From: Candidatus Giovannonibacteria bacterium RIFCSPLOWO2_02_FULL_45_28
GTDB lineage: Bacteria; Patescibacteriota; Minisyncoccia; UBA11713; 2-01-FULL-45-33
DNA: 64,000 nt
Assembly: GCA_001780725.1 (NCBI GenBank)
Contig: MFIM01000001.1
Coordinates: forward strand, 19,642 to 83,641
Reading direction: 5' to 3'
Shown here: in pieces, positions 29,476 through 37,684 of the stretch
Layout of the letters: every line of letters begins with the position of its first letter
Position numbering within the stretch: position 1 is the stretch's first letter
The notes under the pieces: model-generated
Databases searched by the model: none
What the model was told of the DNA's origin: nothing
What the model saw: only the letters and a program-made list of their open reading frames with translations
Made by a program: the position numbers and the translations under genes

Positions 29476-29961
29476 TCATTTCCATCTAAGAACAACTTGG
29501 GCGACAACCAAAAGTAAGAATGCGATCCAAGTGCGGCCATCCGGCAAATGATTATAATAAATCCAGTTCATTATTGTAAAAGAAATGGGCGCGGCGCCCC
29601 AAACCAAAAATTGCGGGAAAAACAGATCCTGTCCGTGCCTTAATCCTTCGCTTAAATAAGCCCAGTTGAAAAGCATTCCTCCCAACATAAAAACAAAGAG
29701 TGTTGCAAAAATTCCGAAGCCGACAACATAACCGCCAAGCGACTCAAACTTCCAAAACTGAATCCATTCAAGACGAGCCGGAGCAAGTTTTAAAACGGGA
29801 TAGAAAAGCGATTTTGTTGCGCTCCAATCCATTAATTTAAAAAGTCCGTAATACATCACAACATTACCGCAAACTAAAATGAAAAAATTCAAAGCAGTTT
29901 TCAGCACTTCATGTTCTTGCTTTCTGATTCTAAAACTACCATCCAAAAAACAAAAAAACAA
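29476..29961 (-). CDS. hypothetical membrane protein (start uncertain)
   Basis: Multiple TM helices; terminator-like hairpin at 29431-29450. Confidence 0.5.
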   Translation of the reverse strand: MFFCFLDGSFRIRKQEHEVLKTALNFFILVCGNVVMYYGLFKLMDWSATKSLFYPVLKLAPARLEWIQFWKFESLGGYVVGFGIFATLFVFMLGGMLFNWAYLSEGLRHGQDLFFPQFLVWGAAPISFTIMNWIYYNHLPDGRTWIAFLLLVVAQVVLRWK

Positions 29962-30216
29962 CCGATTACCGCTTTTTGAATTTCAATTTAAGCTGGCGCC
30001 GGCATTCTTTTCCGTGCTCGGCAATGCCTATAATATTTCTCTTGCAACTTTTGCATTTTATACAACAGGGCTTCGTTACGCACTTGACGCGCCTGCTTTT
30101 GTGGTGGGGGCATTTACATTCTTCCGGCTCATGAATTCTCCGCATTTTTAATTCCGCTCAATATCTACAAAAATTTTATCACATTCGCCACAATTCGCAA
30201 ACAAAAAAACAACCGC

Positions 30217-31899
30217 TCACATCTTCTCCGGAGCAGCAATGCCCATCAAGTTGAGCGTATGGCGTATAGCATAAAGCGTGTGGTGAATCAGAAAAAGACG
30301 GACCTCGGTAAGTTCCGGATTTTTTGAATCCACTACGCGGTGTTTTTCGTAAAAATCAGTGAAGGTTTTTGCAAGCTCATAAGCATAGCGCGGCAAGCGG
30401 TGGACTTGATAGTCGTTTGCGATGTCTTCAATGATGTCCGGCAGCTGCAGAATTTTTTTGATGAGAGAGAGTTCTTCGGGTTTGGAAAGTAACTGCAAAT
30501 TAACCTCACCCCCCTTCCACCTCTCCTTCGTAATGAGAGGGGGGGAATGGGAAAGAGCATCTTTTCCTTTTTCTGATTTCGGATTTCGGATTTCGGATTT
30601 CCGCAAGATGCTGTAGCATCTTGCGGCGGCGTACTGAACATAATAAACAGGATTCTTCTTGCTTCTTTCCTTCGCCAAATCCAAATCAAAATCCATATGC
30701 GTATCCGGCGAACGCTCCAAAAAAAACCACCGCGCGGCATCTAGCCCAACCTCTTTTAACAAATCGTCCAAAGTTACAAATTCCCCGGCGCGTTTGGACA
30801 TGCGCACCTCTTTGCCGCCGCTAGTAAGACGCACCAGCTGCATAATAATGATTTTTAGCCTATTCTGGTCTACACCAAAAAACCCAATCTTTTCTGCAAC
30901 TTGTTTGATTTCTGCGTGATGGTCCGCGCCAACAACAGTAACAGCGACATCGAATTTGCGTTTCAAAAGCTTGTTTAGATGATATGCCAAGTCCGACAAA
31001 AGATAAGTTGGTTCGCCGTTTGATTTGACAACCACGCGCTCATCCCACCACAATGCGCCCTCTTTCTCTTTCGCCGCGCCATTCTTGACTAAAAACTCCA
31101 AAACTTTTTTTAACTCGCCCCTTTTCCGCAAGTTATTTTCTTCCGAAAACCAAACATCAAATTTTATTCCCGCTTTCTTGAGAGATTTTTTAATTTCGCC
31201 GAGTAAAATCCCAACAGCCCGTTTTGCAGACTTGCCTTTTAGTTTCTTTATGTAATCGCCTTTGTAATATTCTTCTTTTGCCGAAATTTTACCCTCTGCC
31301 GCCAAAATAGATTCACCCAAAAGTTTTATTTGATTGCCAGCGTCATTGATATAGTATTCGCGAGTAACTTTGTGTCCAGCCGCTTTTAAAATATTCGCCA
31401 GCGCATCGCCGTAAAACCCGCCGCGTCCGTTGGCCATTGTCAGAGGGCCGGTCGGGTTTGCAGAAACAAATTCTAGGTTGACCCGCCGCGCTGCTTGGGA
31501 AAACTTTGCCCTCCTCAACATCAGATGTTGAAAGCCACAAACATCGGATGTTTTCCCGGGCAATGTTGAGGAGAGCAACGCGGCAAAAAGCGCCTCTTTT
31601 TTTATACAAAAATTTAAAAATCCGGGACCGGCGATTTCAATTTGCTCGACAAATTTCAAGACATCCGACGTCTTCTCGGACTTAGACGTCGGACGTCTAA
31701 GTAGCATTTGTTTAAAGTCTTCCGCGACCTCGCGCGAATTTTTCTTTTCGCTCTTCGCCACCACCAAAGCAACGTTGGACGAATAGTCCCCGTGTTCCGG
31801 GTTCTCCGGCCGCTCAACAGAAAAAACCGCGCCGACGGCTTGTCCGCCTCGGGAGGACACAACTTTTTCAATTTCTTTCCGTATTAAACTACGAAACAT
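30217..31899 (-). CDS. argS: arginine--tRNA ligase
   Basis: HGDYSSN, EFVSANPTGPL, GADHH, MSKRAG, NPVYYVQYA, APEKM. Confidence 0.96.
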   Translation of the reverse strand: MFRSLIRKEIEKVVSSRGGQAVGAVFSVERPENPEHGDYSSNVALVVAKSEKKNSREVAEDFKQMLLRRPTSKSEKTSDVLKFVEQIEIAGPGFLNFCIKKEALFAALLSSTLPGKTSDVCGFQHLMLRRAKFSQAARRVNLEFVSANPTGPLTMANGRGGFYGDALANILKAAGHKVTREYYINDAGNQIKLLGESILAAEGKISAKEEYYKGDYIKKLKGKSAKRAVGILLGEIKKSLKKAGIKFDVWFSEENNLRKRGELKKVLEFLVKNGAAKEKEGALWWDERVVVKSNGEPTYLLSDLAYHLNKLLKRKFDVAVTVVGADHHAEIKQVAEKIGFFGVDQNRLKIIIMQLVRLTSGGKEVRMSKRAGEFVTLDDLLKEVGLDAARWFFLERSPDTHMDFDLDLAKERSKKNPVYYVQYAAARCYSILRKSEIRNPKSEKGKDALSHSPPLITKERWKGGEVNLQLLSKPEELSLIKKILQLPDIIEDIANDYQVHRLPRYAYELAKTFTDFYEKHRVVDSKNPELTEVRLFLIHHTLYAIRHTLNLMGIAAPEKM

Positions 31900-31966
31900 A
31901 CTCTCACTTTATCCCAAAAACCGCACAAAAAAAAGGCCTTTGCTGGTTGGCAAATTGGCCTCTATA

Positions 31967-32224
31967 TTACTGATTTAAACGGGTTATGCTTTTGATGTCC
32001 TCCCACATGATTCGTACGGTCTTTTCGTCTTGTCTGCAATATACGCGCTGCACATCCAAGTCTGTTTGAGTTACCGTTCCTTTTGGGCACTCCAAAACCT
32101 GACCGGTTTTTAAAGTTATAGTTGTCGGCGTCCGATCGTGTGTTTCGCCGCATCCCAGTAAAATAAACAGCGCCGAAACTATAAAAAACGGTGAGAGTAA
32201 TTTTGCGCCTGCTAGTTTATTCAT
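31967..32224 (-). CDS. small putative lipoprotein
   Basis: Signal peptide with LLGC lipobox. Confidence 0.6.
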   Translation of the reverse strand: MNKLAGAKLLSPFFIVSALFILLGCGETHDRTPTTITLKTGQVLECPKGTVTQTDLDVQRVYCRQDEKTVRIMWEDIKSITRLNQ

Positions 32225-32273
32225 ATGCCATGTCCTCCGTCTGCTAAAAACCTAGCAAGTCTTGCGCCGCTCG

Positions 32274-33437
32274 TCAATTGCTCCTTATCACATCCATCAC
32301 GGCGTCGTAAGATGCATCAATTACTATCGGGTCTTTCACAAAAACTTTTTTGGCGGCATCAGGATCTTTCCATGCCGCGCCCGTTAGAGTGCAGACAATT
32401 TTGCAGCCGTCCCAAATATAAATGTCGCGCGGGATTCTCTTGATTTCTTTTATTACTCCGGCAACCGAAATTGCCGAAGACGGCTCGCAGGAAACCGGCT
32501 CCAATTCGGAAATTAACGCGTAAGCCGCCATTATTTCCTCGTCATCAGCCATATCAATTTTACCGCTTGATTCATCCCTCGCGGCTTTTGCCTCTTCCCA
32601 TTTTGCCGGATTTCCTATGCAAATTGCGCTGGCGATAGTTTTAGGATTTTCCACCGCTCTTCCTAAAACAATCGGGGCCGCGCCGACGGCCTGGTAGCCA
32701 ATCATGTGCGGGCATCTTTTGGAGCGGCCTTTTATGTAATACTCTTTATAGCCACGCCAATAAGCCGTGATGTTCCCTCCGTTCCCAACAGGAATGAAGT
32801 GATATCTTGGCGCCTCGCCCAGTTCATCCACTATTTCAAAAGCGGCGGTTTTCTGGCCTTCCGTCCTGTGTGGATTAATGGAATTGACCAGTTCTTTGTC
32901 TTTCTCTCTCAATACAACCTCTCTTACAATTTCAAGCGCCTTATCAAAATTACCTTTAATTTGTATAACTTTTGCTCCGTGACGATATGATTGGGTTAAT
33001 TTTCCCGGCGCAACATTGCCTTCCGGCAAAACAACTAAACACCTCATCCCGGCCGCTTGCGCGTACACGGCAGCAGATGCGGCCGTATTTCCGGTTGATG
33101 CGCAAATAACAACCTTTTTGCCTCTGGCGGCAGCCATGGTGATTGCGGCAGTCATACCGCGATCTTTAAAAGATCCGCTCCCGCGATTTTCTCCCTCCAG
33201 CTTCCAATAAACTTCGGAGTGAAAGTAGGGAAAAAGATCGCGAAGATAATTTTCAAAATTTTTCGCGCGCCAAAGACAGGTATTGCCCTCAAACAAAGTG
33301 ATAATTTTCTCTTTGCCCATCCACTGAATTGCAGGCGGCATCCATTCCCAATATTTATGCAGGATGCCTTTATATGGTTGCGGCAGAAATTTGTGTTTTA
33401 TCATTTCAAACTCCTCAATCCCGCCAATAGCGGACAA
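32274..33437 (-). CDS. thrC: threonine synthase
   Basis: SFKDRG PLP lysine, CASTGNT, EGQKT, PVGNGGN. Confidence 0.92.
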   Translation of the reverse strand: MSAIGGIEEFEMIKHKFLPQPYKGILHKYWEWMPPAIQWMGKEKIITLFEGNTCLWRAKNFENYLRDLFPYFHSEVYWKLEGENRGSGSFKDRGMTAAITMAAARGKKVVICASTGNTAASAAVYAQAAGMRCLVVLPEGNVAPGKLTQSYRHGAKVIQIKGNFDKALEIVREVVLREKDKELVNSINPHRTEGQKTAAFEIVDELGEAPRYHFIPVGNGGNITAYWRGYKEYYIKGRSKRCPHMIGYQAVGAAPIVLGRAVENPKTIASAICIGNPAKWEEAKAARDESSGKIDMADDEEIMAAYALISELEPVSCEPSSAISVAGVIKEIKRIPRDIYIWDGCKIVCTLTGAAWKDPDAAKKVFVKDPIVIDASYDAVMDVIRSN

Positions 33438-33471
33438 GTCTGCCCAAACTCTAGCACCGAAGAAAATAATT

Positions 33472-33807
33472 TGGAAGTGGTGGGAGTTGAACCCACGTCA
33501 GAAGAACTCGTAATCTGCGTTTGACAAGCTTAGATTTTGCCCCTGTTTACTTGCGTTGATGCAGAGCTTTTATCAACACCGCCCCGCTTATAACACCCGC
33601 GATCTCTTAGCGAGAATCAGAGACGGATGGCTTACGCTAATGCGAAAGCAAGTCCAGTGCCGCCACCAGGTTCTAGACCAAGCGCGACACGAACTTTAGA
33701 AAATAAGTTTGCACTTATTGGTTGTGCGGATGATTAAAGAGGTTAACCGTACATCCTCTGCCTGAGCGCATGATTATTTGTTCTTCCTCGAATCCAATTT
33801 CACCCCC
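33472..33807 (-). ncRNA. ssrA: tmRNA
   Basis: 5' GGGGGTGAAATTGGATTCGA, 3' GGTTCAACTCCCACCACTTCCA, tag ANLFSKVRVALGLEPGGGTGLAFALA*, adjacent to smpB. Confidence 0.93.
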
Positions 33808-34103
33808 ACACTAACTTATTTCATGAAGCCAGAGATTTCGCAATCCTCATTTTTAATTGCCTTAGTGCGGTTGCTCGCAGTTTAAGGTTGTGTTCTCTGT
33901 GTCTGGCTTCTCGGTCATTGTTATATGCTTCATATTATACCAATTTAAGTGGCCTTTTATATTTTGTTGATGTAACTTTTCCAGCATTATGTTCTGAAAA
34001 ACGCTTTTTAAGATCGTTGGTTGACCCTATATATAACTCTCCATTTTTGTCTTTGAGTATATACATGTAGAACATAATGTGTGAAATAAGTTAGTGTGGG
34101 GGT
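33802..34103. mobile_element. inverted-repeat-bounded element carrying a GIY-YIG gene
   Basis: Perfect 22-bp inverted repeats ACCCCCACACTAACTTATTTCA (33802-33823) and TGAAATAAGTTAGTGTGGGGGT (34082-34103). Confidence 0.7.
33821..34075 (-). pseudogene. GIY-YIG nuclease (UPF0213/SLX1-like) with internal TAA
   Basis: MFYMYILKDKNGELYIGSTNDLKKRFSEHNAGKVTSTKYKRPLKLV*YEAY...EARHRE; stop at 33935-33937. Confidence 0.85.
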
Positions 34104-34117
34104 AAACCCCCTACATT

Positions 34118-34564
34118 TCAAAGTTCTTTTAATGTTCGCTCTATTTTTCTCTTGTCTTCACGCTCTTTAATTCTTTCACGCCTATCGTGTTTTTTGAGTC
34201 TCCGCGCGACAGCAATTTCAAGTTTTATTCTCGCGCCTTTAGTATACACCCGAAGAGGAAGGATTGTCAAGCCTTTGGTTGTGGCCTTGCCGATCAAATA
34301 ATTGATCTCTTTTTTGTGGAGCAAAAGCCTCCGCTCACGCGCCTGCTCATAATCTTTCGGGGTGTTTTTCGGTTGGTATGGCGCGATAGTCGCGCCAACC
34401 AAATAAAAATCTCCGCGCTTGGGAAAAACATAGGAGCCCTCAAGGCTCATTTTATGGTTTCTTACGGCTTTTACCTCAAACCCAAAAAGCTCAAGCCCCG
34501 CTTCAAGGGTTTCAAGTATTTCAAACTCAAATCTCGCTTTTCTGTTTTCCGCGAACAATGCCAT
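34118..34564 (-). CDS. smpB: SsrA-binding protein
   Basis: NRKARF, EAGLEL.G.EVKA, RRLLLHKKEI, HDRRE. Confidence 0.96.
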   Translation of the reverse strand: MALFAENRKARFEFEILETLEAGLELFGFEVKAVRNHKMSLEGSYVFPKRGDFYLVGATIAPYQPKNTPKDYEQARERRLLLHKKEINYLIGKATTKGLTILPLRVYTKGARIKLEIAVARRLKKHDRRERIKEREDKRKIERTLKEL

Positions 34565-34611
34565 ATATTTTAAGTATTGCATAAAAGCATTTTCCTTAGT
34601 ACCATAAACTT

Positions 34612-35118
34612 ATCCAAAGACTAAGACTAAACAATCAAATAACGGCGCGGGAAGTAAGGGTTATAGACCAAAACGGCCAGAATCTGGGCGTTTTGTCTGT
34701 TGAGGAGGCATTGCGACGCGCGCGCGAGGCGGGGATGGACCTTATTGAAATCTCGCCCACCGCAAATCCGCCGGTTGCCAAAATAATGGAGCGGGGGAAA
34801 TATTTTTACGAGCAGGAAAAAAAGAGAAGACAAGCGGCCAAGAAACAAAAGGATGTTGAGATAAAAAGCGTGAGAATCGGCATCGGCACCTCCGTTCACG
34901 ATCTTGAAATCCGCGCAAAACAAGCCGATGAATTCTTAAAAGAGGGCAACAAAATCAAAGTAGATTTGTTTTTGAGGGGACGAGAAAAATATCTGGACAA
35001 AAAATTTCTGCAGGACAGAATTGAGCGCTTTCTTGCGATTGTCTCGCAGGGCTTTGAGAAAGAAGATATTAAAAAGGGACCGAGAGGATTGAGCTTGACT
35101 ATAACACCGAAAAAATAG
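34612..35118 (+). CDS. infC: translation initiation factor IF-3 (probable ATC start)
   Basis: IQRLRLNNQITAREVRVIDQNG in frame upstream of the called ORF; PPVAKIM; precedes rpmI-rplT. Confidence 0.92.
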   Translation: MQRLRLNNQITAREVRVIDQNGQNLGVLSVEEALRRAREAGMDLIEISPTANPPVAKIMERGKYFYEQEKKRRQAAKKQKDVEIKSVRIGIGTSVHDLEIRAKQADEFLKEGNKIKVDLFLRGREKYLDKKFLQDRIERFLAIVSQGFEKEDIKKGPRGLSLTITPKK

Positions 35119-35153
35119 TAATATAATACAAATAAGATTTGCAGATTAGTATT

Positions 35154-35342
35154 ATGCCCAAGACAAATAAATCAATTCTAAAAAGGTTTAAGCTCACAAA
35201 AACCGGAAAAATTCTTCGCGGCGGCTCCGGCATCAACCACTTTCAAGCCAAAAAGAGCCGCGGGGAACAGTTGGCCAAAAAACGCCTCTCAAACATGGAC
35301 AAAATACGAAAACGCATGATTATTTCTTATTTAAAACACTAA
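35154..35342 (+). CDS. rpmI: 50S ribosomal protein L35
   Basis: MPKTNKS..KRFKLTKTGK; operon position. Confidence 0.9.
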   Translation: MPKTNKSILKRFKLTKTGKILRGGSGINHFQAKKSRGEQLAKKRLSNMDKIRKRMIISYLKH

Positions 35343-35343
35343 T

Positions 35344-35691
35344 ATGCCAAGAGTAAAAAGAGGAAAAATCGCATTAAAAAGGCGCCATAAAGTGCTTGGG
35401 CAAACCAAAGGCTTCAGATGGCAAAGAAAATCAAAGGAGCGTGCGGCAAAGGAGGCGCTTCTGCACGCCGGCCGCCACGCATTCGGCGACCGCAGAAAAA
35501 AGAAAAGGAACTTCCGCGCGCTTTGGAACATCAAAATCAACGCCGCCGCGCGAGAAAATGGCATGTCTTACAGCAAACTGATTTACCAGCTCAAAAAATC
35601 CGACATCTTGCTCAACCGCAAAATGCTCGCCGAACTGGCCGAAAAACATCCGGAGGTTTTTAAGGCTATCATTAAAGAAGCTAGCGCCTGA
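35344..35691 (+). CDS. rplT: 50S ribosomal protein L20
   Basis: MPRVKRG...DRRKKKRNFRALW..INAA, LNRKMLAELA. Confidence 0.97.
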   Translation: MPRVKRGKIALKRRHKVLGQTKGFRWQRKSKERAAKEALLHAGRHAFGDRRKKKRNFRALWNIKINAAARENGMSYSKLIYQLKKSDILLNRKMLAELAEKHPEVFKAIIKEASA

Positions 35692-36445
35692 AAAAGATTG
35701 AGATGAAAAAGAGGGCGCCGGCGAAGAGGACGAATGCCGGGCCGGGAGGAAACCCGTAAAATCGTGAAATTAAAATTCCCAAAATAGCGCCCAAAACTCC
35801 CAATACGGCGGAGAGCGTGATGTATTGATTCATACTGCGCGCAATATTTCTGGAAGTTGCGGCCGGAATAATAATAAGCGAACCCATGAGAAGAGCGCCG
35901 ACGAATTTAATTCCCACCGCAACTGTTAGGGCAAAAATTAAAAGAAACGCAAGCTCAAGAAGGTGCGGCCGAAATCCGGCCGAAGATGCCAAATCCGGAG
36001 AAATCAAAGAAAGCGTGAATCGCTTGGAAAACATTAAAAGCAGCGCCACGATAATTAAGGATCCCATAACAGCCAGCCAAAAATCCAACTGGCTTATTTT
36101 AGTAATATCTCCGAATAAAGCATCCAAAATTTCCTCCTCCGGAGTAATTAAGGCTCCCACAGCCAACGCCAGAGTGAAAAATACGCCCACCAAAGTATCC
36201 ACCGGCAATTTTGTTTTGTGTTCAACAGCCCAAATACCCAAAGTTCCCAAAATCAAAAATATCCCAGCGCCCAAAAACAAATTGAAATTCAATAAAATCC
36301 CCAACGCTATTCCCGGGAGCGCGACATGCGAAAGCGCGTCCCCAACCAAAGCCATTCTGCGCAGTAGCGCAAAAGACCCCAACATTCCTCCGGCCGCGGC
36401 GATCAAAGAACCGGCTATAAAAATTTGTAATTCAGGCGTGAACAT
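35681..36445 (-). CDS. Zn/Mn ABC transporter permease (ZnuB-like)
   Basis: GDALSHVALPG, LFGD, VGALL...LIIPAA. Confidence 0.9.
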   Translation of the reverse strand: MFTPELQIFIAGSLIAAAGGMLGSFALLRRMALVGDALSHVALPGIALGILLNFNLFLGAGIFLILGTLGIWAVEHKTKLPVDTLVGVFFTLALAVGALITPEEEILDALFGDITKISQLDFWLAVMGSLIIVALLLMFSKRFTLSLISPDLASSAGFRPHLLELAFLLIFALTVAVGIKFVGALLMGSLIIIPAATSRNIARSMNQYITLSAVLGVLGAILGILISRFYGFPPGPAFVLFAGALFFISIFFRR

Positions 36446-37139
36446 GATGATAAAATTTCCTGTCTCCGCCGTATAATTTGGCGAGCTCCGCGGGCGTCAA
36501 AACTTCGTTTGGTATGCCGAAGCAAATCTGCTCGCGATTTAAACAAAGCACTTTGTTGGCATAGCGGTAAACGACGGTAAGATCGTGCGAAATAAGAATC
36601 AAAGCAAGATTATGTTCGTCTTGAAGTTTATGCAGAAGCTCGTACACCGTCCTTTGCCCGGCAACGTCAACGCTCGCCGTTGGCTCGTCAAACAAAAGCA
36701 AATCCGGATGCCCGCTGACAGCCCAAGCAATAAGAACTCTTTGAAGCTCGCCCGCAGAAAGCTCTCCAATCCTTTTGTTTAAAAAGATCGGCGTCAAATC
36801 AACCGCCTTAAGCGCCTCTTCCGGCGAATGCCCAGCCTGCCAGCGCCCGGAAGGCGCGGCGCTGCTTCTTAAAACTAAGAATTCTTTGACAGTAATCGGC
36901 AAATCCCTTTCCAAATCAATTTTTTGCGGAACATACCCAATCCTTGTGCCATCAGATATTTTAATGTCGCCCTCGTAACCAACCGCTCCCAAAATCGCCC
37001 GAAATAATGTTGTTTTACCCGAACCGTTCGGGCCGATCACAGCAAGCGTCTCGCCCCGTTCCAAAGAAAAAGAAATGTTGTCCAAAACAACCTGTTTTTC
37101 ATACGCCGCCTTCAAATTTTTTACTTCCAAAATTGGCAT
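36432..37139 (-). CDS. Zn/Mn ABC transporter ATPase (ZnuC-like)
   Basis: GPNGSGKTT, IGYVPQ, LSAGE, DEPT, ISHDL, His-rich tail. Confidence 0.9.
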   Translation of the reverse strand: MPILEVKNLKAAYEKQVVLDNISFSLERGETLAVIGPNGSGKTTLFRAILGAVGYEGDIKISDGTRIGYVPQKIDLERDLPITVKEFLVLRSSAAPSGRWQAGHSPEEALKAVDLTPIFLNKRIGELSAGELQRVLIAWAVSGHPDLLLFDEPTASVDVAGQRTVYELLHKLQDEHNLALILISHDLTVVYRYANKVLCLNREQICFGIPNEVLTPAELAKLYGGDRKFYHHVHA

Positions 37140-37192
37140 TGATTATAAGTTGTATTATATGTTAAATTGAGCAAAGAGAAAAGGCACGAAAA

Positions 37193-37648
37193 GTGAAAAA
37201 GGCTTCTTGGGTTGGGATTTTGAGCATCACCACGGTGTCTTTACTTGCCGGAGCAATGGTGTTTTTTTCCATATTAAAAACCGACGAAGAAAACCGCGAA
37301 TACGTTTTTTGGGCGGATTTTAAAGATATAAGCCGCGCTTCTTCATATATAATCTGCGGCCGTGAAGAACCAACGCCGCTCACAACTAAAGTCTACACAA
37401 ATCTCAAAGAATTGTGGAGAATAACCATTATTAATCGCAATCACAAAGACACAGCAAGATCCGTCGTTCAATTCGTTGACTTAGAAAAAGGCGTTTTAGT
37501 AAATTCATTTGTCCGATTGGGCAACGAATGGAAACGGTCTCGCGATATAACCGTTGAAGAGTGGAAAAATTTTACAAACACACATCCGATTTCGCCGGAA
37601 GAAGAAACTTTTATAAACATGTGCCTCGCGTCAAAACAGTTCATTTGA
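37193..37648 (+). CDS. hypothetical exported protein
   Basis: N-terminal TM or signal sequence. Confidence 0.55.
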   Translation: MKKASWVGILSITTVSLLAGAMVFFSILKTDEENREYVFWADFKDISRASSYIICGREEPTPLTTKVYTNLKELWRITIINRNHKDTARSVVQFVDLEKGVLVNSFVRLGNEWKRSRDITVEEWKNFTNTHPISPEEETFINMCLASKQFI

Positions 37649-37684
37649 AATCGGCGCCGTCCAAAAAAACGCTCAACGCGTTTT

